A DNA stretch of 64,000 nucleotides from Phycisphaeraceae bacterium. Lineage in GTDB: Bacteria; Planctomycetota; Phycisphaerae; Phycisphaerales; Phycisphaeraceae. The notes below the pieces were generated by a model that saw only the letters and a list, made by a program, of their open reading frames with translations, was not told the DNA's origin and ran no database searches. Below are positions 46,297 through 55,305 of this stretch, piece after piece. The stretch lies in the NCBI GenBank assembly GCA_963674705.1, contig OY771506.1, positions 352,001 through 416,000 on the forward strand, read 5' to 3'. The position numbers and the translations under genes are program-made. Every line of letters begins with the position of its first letter. The first letter of the stretch is position 1.

Positions 46297-46995
46297 ATGA
46301 AGACAGCAGAAATGACAGCCCCTGCCCCCGATCAGGCGGTTGCCGTGGCTGACGCGGCCCCTGACCCCGTGGATACAAAAGAGTCTCCACGGCCAGTTCC
46401 GCTGCGCGCCAGGCACGAGGAGCCAAAGGTCGGCTGGTTCAAGCGCCGGATCCTGAACATGGAGGCCCGGATTTCCCGGCTGTCGACCAAAAATAACTTC
46501 TGGCACCGCGTCTGCTCCTGGATTTTTCTGCCGTTGGCGTTTCGAAGTGGTGTGAAGTTCAAGCACGTCGCGAAGGATTCGTTCTCCGTCATCCTGCCCT
46601 TCCGGCGGTTCAACAAGAACTGGTATTCCGCGATGGCGGGCGCGTCGCTGCTGGGCAACTCCGAAGTTGCCGGGGGCATGTTCGTCTTCACCAAGTGCGG
46701 CGGGGACTACACCGTCGTCTGCAAGCACCTCGATTACAAATTCCTCCGCCCCTGCTACGGCCCGGCGATCTACAACATCGAGCCGCAAGAAGACCTCGAA
46801 GCGCTCATCAAAGAAGGCGGCGAGTTCAACATCACACTCGACATGACCGTCAAGCAGGCGGTGCACAAGAAAGACAAAGCTGAGCCGCGCGTCGGCAAGG
46901 CCGTCATCACATTCCATGTCACGCCGAAGGCCCAGGCACGGGCGCGCTGGCAACGACGGTTGCAGCGGCTGCACGCGAAGGCGGAGAAGAAGTAA
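46297..46995 (+). CDS. Hot-dog-fold thioesterase-like protein
   Basis: LPFRRFNKNWY.AM.G.SL and VVCK.L.YKFLRP, PaaI/DUF4442-like. Confidence 0.65.
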   Translation: MKTAEMTAPAPDQAVAVADAAPDPVDTKESPRPVPLRARHEEPKVGWFKRRILNMEARISRLSTKNNFWHRVCSWIFLPLAFRSGVKFKHVAKDSFSVILPFRRFNKNWYSAMAGASLLGNSEVAGGMFVFTKCGGDYTVVCKHLDYKFLRPCYGPAIYNIEPQEDLEALIKEGGEFNITLDMTVKQAVHKKDKAEPRVGKAVITFHVTPKAQARARWQRRLQRLHAKAEKK

Positions 46996-47122
46996 GAGTC
47001 CCCACACGAATCTATTTCAATGCACCCGTTTAGCGTGGCGACTTGTCGCCACATCGGGCAGCAAGCTGCCCGGCTAAACGGGATGGATATCCTTTGGCGT
47101 TGAAAGCGGTACACTCTAATGC

Positions 47123-48352
47123 ATGTCCGACGTGGTGAACGAAACAATGAATGATGCCCCCCTGCCGGCGTCGATGCGTGGCGGGATGGCGGCGATGATG
47201 TGGGCGGTATTTCTGGGTTGCTCGTGGACGTGGGTGATCGGGATGTACCTGCCGGTGCTGCTGGTGCGGGATTACGGTTTGTGGGGGTGGGTCGTGTTTG
47301 CGGTGCCGAACGTGCTGGGGGCGGCGGCGATGGGGTTTGTGCTTAAAGACCCCGAGACCAGCCGGCGGCTGGTGAAAAAGCATCTGACGGCCTGTCGATG
47401 GTTCGGGCTGGTGACGGTGGCGTACCAGGCGTACCTGATCGGTGCGTTTGCCGGGCCCATCGGACTGGTGATTGCGGGACTGGTAGCGGTCGGGATTCTG
47501 CTACTGGGCAAGACGCACACCATCCGCGACACTTTTTCGGCTTTGATCGTGTTCGCGATCTCGCTGGGGCTGTTCGCTTATGCACAATCCACGGGCAACC
47601 TGTGGAAAGACCTGTCGGCTGTGGAATTCACGGGCAGACTCACGCCGATGCACCTGCTGATGTTCGTGCCGGCGGCGGTGTTCGGGTTTGCACTGTGCCC
47701 GTATCTGGACCTGACGTTCCATCGTGCACGGCAGGCGACCGATGCGAAGACGGGGCGGATCGCGTTTGCGGTGGGCTTCGGCATCGTGTTCTTCTCGATG
47801 ATCATCTTCTCGCTTGCGTACGCAGGCGCGTTCGAGAATGTCACGGCCACGAAAGGCATCGAGTATGCCCCCAAGCTCTGGCCCGTGCTGCTAAGCCAAC
47901 TCGTCGTTCAGGGCGGCTTCACCGCGGCGGTGCACCTGCGCAGCCTGCGGAGCCCGGAGAACAGGCGTGCGGAGTTCGGACTGTTCGTCGCGGTCTTTCT
48001 CGGCCTGATACTCGGACTCGGCGCTCTTCTGATGGACCGTGAGCCGGGCCCGTGGCGGGACTGGACATTCGTCACCAGCGTGACGGAACTGGGCTACCGC
48101 GGCTTCCTGCTGCTGTATGGCACGGTCTTTCCTGCCTATGTTCTCATCTGCATGACGCCGACTTACCGACAGGTTTCTCACAAATCCAGAATCCTTCTCT
48201 TCGCGATCGTCGCTGCGTTAAGCTATCCGTTGGCCTGTACGGCCTTCATCGCCAACCGAGCCGGCTGGGTCCTGCCGATCCTGGTAATTATCGTGATTGG
48301 GCGGGTGGTGGTGGAGTGGTTGCCGAGCAGGGAAGAGATCGCTGATCTCTGA
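47123..48352 (+). CDS. Multi-pass membrane protein (transporter-like)
   Basis: About 12 TM segments; SWTW.IG..LP...RDYG..G...FA.PN motif reminiscent of the solute:sodium symporter fold. Confidence 0.75.
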   Translation: MSDVVNETMNDAPLPASMRGGMAAMMWAVFLGCSWTWVIGMYLPVLLVRDYGLWGWVVFAVPNVLGAAAMGFVLKDPETSRRLVKKHLTACRWFGLVTVAYQAYLIGAFAGPIGLVIAGLVAVGILLLGKTHTIRDTFSALIVFAISLGLFAYAQSTGNLWKDLSAVEFTGRLTPMHLLMFVPAAVFGFALCPYLDLTFHRARQATDAKTGRIAFAVGFGIVFFSMIIFSLAYAGAFENVTATKGIEYAPKLWPVLLSQLVVQGGFTAAVHLRSLRSPENRRAEFGLFVAVFLGLILGLGALLMDREPGPWRDWTFVTSVTELGYRGFLLLYGTVFPAYVLICMTPTYRQVSHKSRILLFAIVAALSYPLACTAFIANRAGWVLPILVIIVIGRVVVEWLPSREEIADL

Positions 48353-48560
48353 TCGCTGATTGTTAATTTGGAAAGAGCGCTGAGGTGTGAGTGCTTAGTG
48401 CTGAGGTTTTTGGCGATTACAGATTACAGATTGAACATCGAACATTGAACATACAAGAGGCCCGGCCCTTCGCTTCGCTCAGAACCGGCGTTGCCCCCGG
48501 AAGTGGAGCCCTGATGTAGTCCTCTAAACCGATACCCGAAACCCGATACCCGAATCCCGA
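48337..48560. repeat. Mosaic of five heptamer families plus a family-A REP
   Basis: GATCGCT, GTGCTGA, GATTACA, GAACATT and CCCGATA/CCCGAAT runs, with a REP at 48459-48493. Confidence 0.85.
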
Positions 48561-48563
48561 CCT

Positions 48564-49907
48564 ATGCCCTTTACTAAAAGCCGACTTTCGTTCTGCCGTT
48601 TTTCTGTGACAGGGGATGCACCGACTTTAGCTGATGAGACCGCGATCGCGATCCTCAATGAGCACGGATTCAAAGAAACCGAGATCGGTGCGCCGGATGA
48701 AGTCGAAGCGGGATTCGTCACCGGCGAGCACATCCTCGATACACGTTTCAGCTATGAAAAGAACGGCTTCGGCGATGCGCTGCTGTTTGCGATGCGCATC
48801 GACACGCACAAGGTGCCCAGCGACCTGAAGCAGGCGTATCGCAAGATCAACGAAGATGCCGCGGCTGCGGGGAATCCATCCGGCTTTGCTTCCAAGGCCC
48901 AGAAGAAAGATGCCAAGGATGAAGCGGAGCGTCAGCTTCGTGAGGACCTCGCGGACGGCAAGTTCCGCCGATCCAAGATGGTGGAGGTCTTGTGGGATTT
49001 GCCATCGCAAACCATCTACGTGTCGGCGACGGGCAACACGATCCTCGAACAACTGGCGAAACTGATGAAGCAGGCTTTCGCGGTGGACCTGCAATACCAA
49101 AGCTCAGGCACGCTGGCCGGTCGGCTGCTGCGCGGCTCGGGCAAAGGGCGCGACTACGAAGACCTGCGCCCAAGCGCCTTTACCGCCCCACCACCCGGCG
49201 CGACCGATGTGCATGATGATGCTCCAACTTCCGGGGGTGGCAACTACATCGAGGGCCCGCAGGACATCAACACGCCGCTGGTGCCGTGGATCGTTAAGAG
49301 CGTCGACCTGAAGGATTTTCTGGGCAATGAATTCCTCTTCTGGCTGTGGTGGCTGAGCGAAACCAAGGAAGGCACGCTGAACGCCACGGATGAACATGGC
49401 AACAAGCACGAAGTATTCATCGCGATCGACAAGGCGCTGGATATGGACTGTGCGTGGGATGCCGGCGGCAAGCAGACGCTCCGAGCCGCCGGCCCGACAC
49501 GCCTGATTGAAGCGGGTGACGCGCTGGCGACCGGCAAGTGGCCACGCAAGCTCGGGCTGATCCTCTCCGATGGCGAGCACCAGTGGGAGCTTGGCTTCCA
49601 GGGCGATCAGTGGGCCGTCTCCAGCGCCCTGCTGCCGACCATCGAAGACGCTTCCAGCCCTCGCGAACAGCTCGAACAACGCCTGCTGATGGCCCGCTCG
49701 TTGGCCGGGGCGATCGAGGGCATGTACCGCACGTTTTTGAATATCCGCGTCAGCGAGAAGTGGTCGGCCCAGCGGGCGGAGATCCGCAAGTGGATCACGG
49801 GCCGACTGACCAAGCGCACGCAGAAGCTGGAACCGGTCATCACCGTGTCATCCGATTCGATAAAACCCATCACGGTGCCCGAATCGGTATCATCTGAGGA
49901 CACATGA
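48564..49907 (+). CDS. RdgC-like recombination-associated protein (two-module)
   Basis: N-terminal SF.RF.V.G...GFVTG.H...MRID..KVP; C-terminal FLGNEFL.WLW...AL.TGK.PRK. Confidence 0.65.
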   Translation: MPFTKSRLSFCRFSVTGDAPTLADETAIAILNEHGFKETEIGAPDEVEAGFVTGEHILDTRFSYEKNGFGDALLFAMRIDTHKVPSDLKQAYRKINEDAAAAGNPSGFASKAQKKDAKDEAERQLREDLADGKFRRSKMVEVLWDLPSQTIYVSATGNTILEQLAKLMKQAFAVDLQYQSSGTLAGRLLRGSGKGRDYEDLRPSAFTAPPPGATDVHDDAPTSGGGNYIEGPQDINTPLVPWIVKSVDLKDFLGNEFLFWLWWLSETKEGTLNATDEHGNKHEVFIAIDKALDMDCAWDAGGKQTLRAAGPTRLIEAGDALATGKWPRKLGLILSDGEHQWELGFQGDQWAVSSALLPTIEDASSPREQLEQRLLMARSLAGAIEGMYRTFLNIRVSEKWSAQRAEIRKWITGRLTKRTQKLEPVITVSSDSIKPITVPESVSSEDT

Positions 49908-49936
49908 TCCACTGATTTACACTCCGGAGACCTCTC

Positions 49937-51271
49937 GTGATTATCGGGGAAATTGCGCTAGCGTTCGCATCACTGATCTATGTGATGGTGTTGTGTGTCG
50001 GCCTGATGGTCGAACTGATTGTCACCGGCATGTCGTTGTTGCTCGAACTGCTGTTCTGGCTGATCGCTTACCGTAGTGTAAAAAGCAAGTCGGATGAAGA
50101 ACGCGTCGAGGCGGTCAAACAGCTCAAATCCGTCTCCCTGACCCGTAGCAAGTGGGCCAAGCGCGTCGCCATCGTGTCCGGCATCGCCCTTGTCTGCACC
50201 GTCGGTTTTGTTCTCATCCTCAATACGTTCTTCTTCGAGCCGACCGCGCGCATGCTGATCAATGCCGCCGCGACCAAGGCCGGCGCTACAGTCACGTTCA
50301 ACCAGGCGGATGGCAACCTGTTTACGGGGCGGATCGAATTGCAGGACGTTACGATTATTCGGCAACAGCACTCGACCACCAACGTCGACCTGCACGCCGA
50401 CACATTAATCCTCGACCTGAACCTGACCGCGATGGCGTGGGGCAAAAAAAACGTTGAGTTTGCCGAGGCAAACAATCTTACGGGCACAGTCGACCGCGTC
50501 GGCGCGGGGCCCAAGCAGCCCTGGTTTTCCCGCCCGAATATTGTGATCGATGAACTTCTGATCAACGATGTTGATATCACCTTCAACGACCACACGCGCA
50601 ACAATCCGGTCACGCTGGACCTGCTGATCGATCACTGGCGCAGCGAACCGATCTACAGCCGATGGTTTGTCTTTAACATGCTCTTCCACACCAATGCGAG
50701 GGGCAGTATCAACGGTGCGAACTTCGAGCTGGATTCAAACCACTCCCCCACTCAGGGCCAGGCCAACTGGGCGTTCCGGAAAGTGCCCGCCGATCTTGCC
50801 GGGCTCGTTATCGGGGGTCCGCTCACGCTGCTCGATGCGGGTGAGGTCGACATCGACATCAAGAACCGCTGGGGCACGAACTCACGGCTGGTAATGGACT
50901 GGGCCTTTACGCTGCGCGACCCCCACGCCACGACGCCGTCTCACCTGACCGGCTCGATGAAGAAGCTGGCCGACACGACCGTCACGTTCATCAACAAGCA
51001 GGAAGAGGACATCAAGCTCGCGTTCACGCTGGACCACGACCAGAACGACTTCAAGGGCACCGCCTCGGTGCAGGCGACGGGCCTGGTGAAAAACGTGGCG
51101 GAGTCGCTGGTGGAGGAGCTGAAAAAATCCGCGGTCGCCGCGATGGCGGGCGGGGCCGAGAAAGTTCAGGAAGGGGCTGACAAGGTCAAGTCATACTTCA
51201 AAGAGCGGTTTAAACGCGATGAGGGCGAAAATTCAGAAGAATCTGAGCCCGAATCCGGCAGCACGGAATAA
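49937..51271 (+). CDS. Membrane-anchored AsmA-like beta-rich protein
   Basis: N-terminal TMs; GNLFTGRIELQDVTI and IVIDELLINDVDITFND strands. Confidence 0.55.
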   Translation: MIIGEIALAFASLIYVMVLCVGLMVELIVTGMSLLLELLFWLIAYRSVKSKSDEERVEAVKQLKSVSLTRSKWAKRVAIVSGIALVCTVGFVLILNTFFFEPTARMLINAAATKAGATVTFNQADGNLFTGRIELQDVTIIRQQHSTTNVDLHADTLILDLNLTAMAWGKKNVEFAEANNLTGTVDRVGAGPKQPWFSRPNIVIDELLINDVDITFNDHTRNNPVTLDLLIDHWRSEPIYSRWFVFNMLFHTNARGSINGANFELDSNHSPTQGQANWAFRKVPADLAGLVIGGPLTLLDAGEVDIDIKNRWGTNSRLVMDWAFTLRDPHATTPSHLTGSMKKLADTTVTFINKQEEDIKLAFTLDHDQNDFKGTASVQATGLVKNVAESLVEELKKSAVAAMAGGAEKVQEGADKVKSYFKERFKRDEGENSEESEPESGSTE

Positions 51272-51371
51272 CGTGAAAATCTACAAAAATCGCCCCTGAG
51301 GGGCCGAAATCCGGCTTGCGACCGTATTATTATAGTATAATGCCGGGCTTAACCCTGTTGGAGAAATAATC

Positions 51372-52472
51372 ATGATCATTGGCGTCCCGAAGGAAACGAA
51401 GCCGGATGAGTACCGCGTATCGATGCTGCCGGTGGGTGTGGAGTTGCTGGTCAAGGACGGGCACAAGGTGCTGGTCGAGAAGCATGCCGGCACGAACAGC
51501 GGCTATGAAGATGACCAGTATGCCGAGGCGGGCGCCGAGTTGATCAATAGCGCTGAAGACGTCTGGGCCAAGGCCGAGATGATCGTCAAGGTCAAGGAAC
51601 CGATCGGCGACGAGCTGAAGATGATGCGTAAGGGCCAGACGGTCTTCACGTACTTCCACTTCGCTGCGAGCCGTGAGTTGACCGAGGCTTGCCTGGAAGC
51701 GGGCATCACCGCGGTGGCTTACGAGACGCTGACGGACAAGCACGGCCGACTGCCGCTGCTTACGCCCATGAGCGAAGTCGCCGGGCGCATGAGCGTGCAG
51801 GAAGGCGCGAAGTATCTCGAGAAGCCGATGGAAGGCCGAGGGATTTTGCTCAGCGGCGTGCCGGGCGTTGAGCCGGGCAACGTGCTGGTGCTCGGCGGCG
51901 GTGTCGTCGGCACACAGGCTGCGAAGCTCGCGGCAGGCATGGGCGCTCACGTCGTGATCCTCGATGTCAACCTCGACCGATTGCGTTATCTCGATGATGT
52001 CATGCCCGCGAACGTGACGACGGCCTACTCCGATCCGCACACGATCCGCAAGCACCTGCCGTTGGCGGACCTGGTGATCGGCGCGGTGCTGATCCCCGGT
52101 GCGCGTGCGCCGCAACTGATCACACGTGACATGCTCAAGACGATGAAGAGCGGCGCGGTGATCGTGGATGTGGGCGTCGACCAGGGCGGGTGCGTGGAAA
52201 CCACGAAACCGACGACGCACAGCCAGCCGATCTACATCGTCGACGATGTGGTGCACTACTGCGTCGCCAACATGCCCGGCGCGGTCGGCCGCACGAGCAC
52301 CCAGGCGCTGTGCCACGCGACTCAGCCCTACGCGCTACGCCTTGCCAAGCACGGCATCGACAAACTCGTGAAGGAAGACAACGCCTTCGCCACCGCCCTG
52401 AACTGCAAGGACGGCAAGCTGACCAACGAAGCCGTCGCCGAAGCACATGGCATGCAGGAAGTACTGGTGTAA
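51372..52472 (+). CDS. ald: Alanine dehydrogenase
   Basis: MIIGVPKE.K..EYRV, KVKEP, LLTPMSEVAGR, GGGVVG, DQGGC.ET and HYCVANMPGAV motifs. Confidence 0.97.
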   Translation: MIIGVPKETKPDEYRVSMLPVGVELLVKDGHKVLVEKHAGTNSGYEDDQYAEAGAELINSAEDVWAKAEMIVKVKEPIGDELKMMRKGQTVFTYFHFAASRELTEACLEAGITAVAYETLTDKHGRLPLLTPMSEVAGRMSVQEGAKYLEKPMEGRGILLSGVPGVEPGNVLVLGGGVVGTQAAKLAAGMGAHVVILDVNLDRLRYLDDVMPANVTTAYSDPHTIRKHLPLADLVIGAVLIPGARAPQLITRDMLKTMKSGAVIVDVGVDQGGCVETTKPTTHSQPIYIVDDVVHYCVANMPGAVGRTSTQALCHATQPYALRLAKHGIDKLVKEDNAFATALNCKDGKLTNEAVAEAHGMQEVLV

Positions 52473-52477
52473 GACTT

Positions 52478-52653
52478 TTCACCGCGAAGGCGCGAAGAGC
52501 GCGAAGAAGAAACAGAATTAGCCGCGAATGAACGCTAATCAACGCAAATAAGAAAGAAGAGGTCGATGATTCAGCCTCTTCTTTTTTTATTATTCGCGTG
52601 TATTTGCGTTTATTCGCGGCTTATTTTCGCGCTCTTCGCGTCTTCGCGGTTCA
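52478..52653. repeat. Empty nested 9-mer inverted-repeat element between convergent ald and dapA
   Basis: ACCGCGAAGGCGCGAAGAGCGCGAAG..TAGCCGCGAATGAACGC ... GCGTTTATTCGCGGCT..TTCGCGCTCTTCGCGTCTTCGCGGT; same arms as 22369/23125. Confidence 0.9.
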
Positions 52654-52655
52654 AC

Positions 52656-53546
52656 TCACTTCGCTACCGGCTCAAGCACCCCGTGCTGTTTTAATATCTT
52701 TTCCAGCGCGGCGCAGTTGTCTTCTGACATTTCGCACATGGGCAGGCGCATTTCGCCGGAGTCCATGCCGGCGAGGCGCATGGCTGTCTTGATCGGGATG
52801 GGGTTGGTCTCGATGAACATGGCTTTGAAGATCGGGAACAGGTCCAGGTGCAGCTTACGTGCGGTGGCGAAGTCGCCGGACAGGGCCGCGTCGGCCAGGG
52901 CTTTGACGCGAGCCGGCAGCAGGTTCGATAGCACGCTGATCACGCCCTTGCCGCCGACGGAAATCAACGGCAGCGTCAGCGTGTCGTCACCTGACAGGAT
53001 CGTGAACTTCTCCGGATCGCAAAGCTGGGCGACTTCGCTTGCCATATCGAGCGAGCCGGTCGCTTCCTTGACGGCGATGATGTTCGGGTGCTTGGCGAGG
53101 CGGGCGATGGTGGCGGCGGTGAGCGCGACGCCGCATCGGCCGGGGATGTTGTAGAGCACCATGGGCATGTCGGCCGAGTCGGCGACCGTCATGAAGTGGC
53201 GGTACATCCCTTCCTGCGTCGGCTTGTTGTAATAGGGATTGACCTGAAGCGAGGCGTCCGCGCCGACTTCTTTCGCGTGTTTGGTCAGACGGACGGCTTC
53301 GTCGGTCGCGTTGGATCCCGTGCCCGCGATGATCGGCACGCGGCCGGCGGCGGCTTCGACTACCGCTTCGATCACCTTGTCGTGCTCATTATGCGATAGC
53401 GTCGGCGACTCACCTGTCGTGCCGACCGGTACGAGCCCGTCGATGCCGTGATCGATCTGAAACGCAACGTTGGCTGCAAGCCGATCGTAATCCACGACGC
53501 CGTTCACCATCGGCGTCACCAGCGCGGTCATAGCGCCTTTGAACAT
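52656..53546 (-). CDS. dapA: 4-hydroxy-tetrahydrodipicolinate synthase
   Basis: ALVTP, GTTGESPTL, PYYNKP, LYNIPGR, KEA, SGDD and ETNPIPIK motifs. Confidence 0.97.
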   Translation of the reverse strand: MFKGAMTALVTPMVNGVVDYDRLAANVAFQIDHGIDGLVPVGTTGESPTLSHNEHDKVIEAVVEAAAGRVPIIAGTGSNATDEAVRLTKHAKEVGADASLQVNPYYNKPTQEGMYRHFMTVADSADMPMVLYNIPGRCGVALTAATIARLAKHPNIIAVKEATGSLDMASEVAQLCDPEKFTILSGDDTLTLPLISVGGKGVISVLSNLLPARVKALADAALSGDFATARKLHLDLFPIFKAMFIETNPIPIKTAMRLAGMDSGEMRLPMCEMSEDNCAALEKILKQHGVLEPVAK

Positions 53547-53634
53547 AACCTTACCTCCTGGTCAAAACCGCAATGTAGCGAGGACACCTGCACGACGCAA
53601 AAAGCACGTAAAAACAAGGACTAAAGTTATTATG

Positions 53635-53743
53635 TAACAGGGATGAACACGGATGAACACGGATTAGAATTCAGGGGAATAACATACTCGACGACCTACA
53701 CATACTTCTTCTATCTGTGTTTATCCGTGTCCATCCCTGTTAC
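53635..53743. repeat. Empty 9-mer (GAACACGGAT) inverted-repeat element
   Basis: GTAACAGGGATGAACACGGATGAACACGGAT ... ATCTGTGTTTATCCGTGTCCATCCCTGTTAC; same family as 205-376. Confidence 0.9.
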
Positions 53744-53763
53744 AAACTTCTCGCCGTGATTCA

Positions 53764-54345
53764 CTACGATTTGCGCAACGCCAGGATCAGTTCGACTTTG
53801 CCGACGTGTTCGTCGAGTTGTTTGGCGATTTCGATGGGGTCGTTGCCCATGTCGGAAAGCTCGCAGACGCGGGCCTTGAGGTCGGCATCGGGATCGGGGG
53901 GTTCAAAGGCTTGAGGCTTGGGGGCGGAGGAGTCTTGAGGCTTGAGGCTTGAGGCTTGGGGTGCTTCCGGGGTTTCCGGGGGGCGGAGAGCGTCGACGTT
54001 ACGCTGGGTTTGCTGGAGCTGTTTCAGCTCGGCGATCTTTTCGTTGGCTTCTTCGATCAGGCGCTCCATGTGGGCGGTCTTGGCATCGAGCTGGGCGCCG
54101 AAACGTTTGGCAAGTTGCTCGACTTCGGTCATGAGCTGATCGAGGTCGCCGCGCACGGCCTGGCGTTGACGCAGTTCGTCGACCGTGTCACGCGCGGAGT
54201 TACTCACGCCCGGCCGACGACGTTTTTTGCGGATGCCCATCATCATGCTCATGGTGATCAGCAGGATGCCCAGCATCGGGATCCCATACTGCGCGATCGG
54301 CGGCAGCTCAGACATCTCAAAGCCAAGCGTCATGGTCGCGATCAT
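53764..54345 (-). CDS. TM + coiled coil + C-terminal HTH-like hypothetical protein
   Basis: One TM, a coiled coil, and EIAKQL....GKVELILALR C-terminus. Confidence 0.75.
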   Translation of the reverse strand: MIATMTLGFEMSELPPIAQYGIPMLGILLITMSMMMGIRKKRRRPGVSNSARDTVDELRQRQAVRGDLDQLMTEVEQLAKRFGAQLDAKTAHMERLIEEANEKIAELKQLQQTQRNVDALRPPETPEAPQASSLKPQDSSAPKPQAFEPPDPDADLKARVCELSDMGNDPIEIAKQLDEHVGKVELILALRKS

Positions 54346-54833
54346 CCGCCGGTCCCCCGTCCCCCGCTGGATAACTCGGCCGCCGCGGCCTGCGCCGCGT
54401 CCATGACTTCACGGACGGTCACCCCCGCTTCCTGGGCGAGTCGTTTGGCATCATCGAACTCGGGCCGGGCAACGACTACTTTGCCGTCCAGTTCACCGAT
54501 CTTGATCCGCATCTTGCCGAAGCGCGTGTCGACGGAGACGTGTCGGCGGTCGAGGATGAGTCGATCCCACTGCCGGTAGCGTACGCCGAAGCTGCCGGTC
54601 AGCTCGATGACGAGCCTGGCCAGTTCGTCCCGCTTTTGCGGCTCGCACAATAGTGAAAGCGACACGGCCGGCCGCTGCTTCTTCATCAGGATCGGCGTCG
54701 TCCACACATCCAACGCCCCCGCCTGCATCAGCTTCCGCTGGGCCTCCCCGATAAGCTCGCCGGTCACGTCGTCAAGATTGACAACAATCTCGGTGACGGC
54801 GGTCGGGGTGGGGTTGTCAGGTGAGGTGGACAA
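54342..54833 (-). CDS. larC: LarC C-terminal domain (nickel-insertion protein, LarC2-like)
   Basis: NLDDVTGE..G, GALDVW.TPI.MKKQRP, TGSFGVR and PEFDD motifs. Confidence 0.85.
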   Translation of the reverse strand: MSTSPDNPTPTAVTEIVVNLDDVTGELIGEAQRKLMQAGALDVWTTPILMKKQRPAVSLSLLCEPQKRDELARLVIELTGSFGVRYRQWDRLILDRRHVSVDTRFGKMRIKIGELDGKVVVARPEFDDAKRLAQEAGVTVREVMDAAQAAAAELSSGGRGTGG

Positions 54834-54921
54834 TGGATCGGCTCCTTAGCGCAATGTTAATACCCTTAAGTGTACGGCAGTTGCATTACTTTCCACAACC
54901 GGTCACAGTAGAATGCTTGGG

Positions 54922-55305
54922 ATGGAGGAACAGAACGAACAATGTGACTATGCGTATCTTTGTGCTGAATTGGAGGTCTGGCCGACCAAGCAGCGGATGG
55001 CTTCGCTGCTGAAAAACGCCGGGTTGAATATATATGTCGGCCGGTATTCGATCCGAATCGAAGACTTTTCGCACTTCACATTTGAGGAATACGGCGGGGA
55101 TATGGGTGATCCTGTTGTCGATGCCGATTGCGATACACTCAAACAGATGTTGCACGAGAGTAGTATTGTCTCAAACATCCTTTGCGATGCAGGGATACGC
55201 CACAGATTCGAGATATATGGAGCCGATCGCGATGTGTTGCGTGGCTACTTCCATCATAACTGGCCTTGTGATGAAAGCTTGTACTTCATGGATGATGCAA
55301 CATAA
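54922..55305 (+). CDS. Hypothetical protein
   Basis: Lower-GC acidic ORF abutting tilS; start 54913 or 54922. Confidence 0.7.
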   Translation: MEEQNEQCDYAYLCAELEVWPTKQRMASLLKNAGLNIYVGRYSIRIEDFSHFTFEEYGGDMGDPVVDADCDTLKQMLHESSIVSNILCDAGIRHRFEIYGADRDVLRGYFHHNWPCDESLYFMDDAT

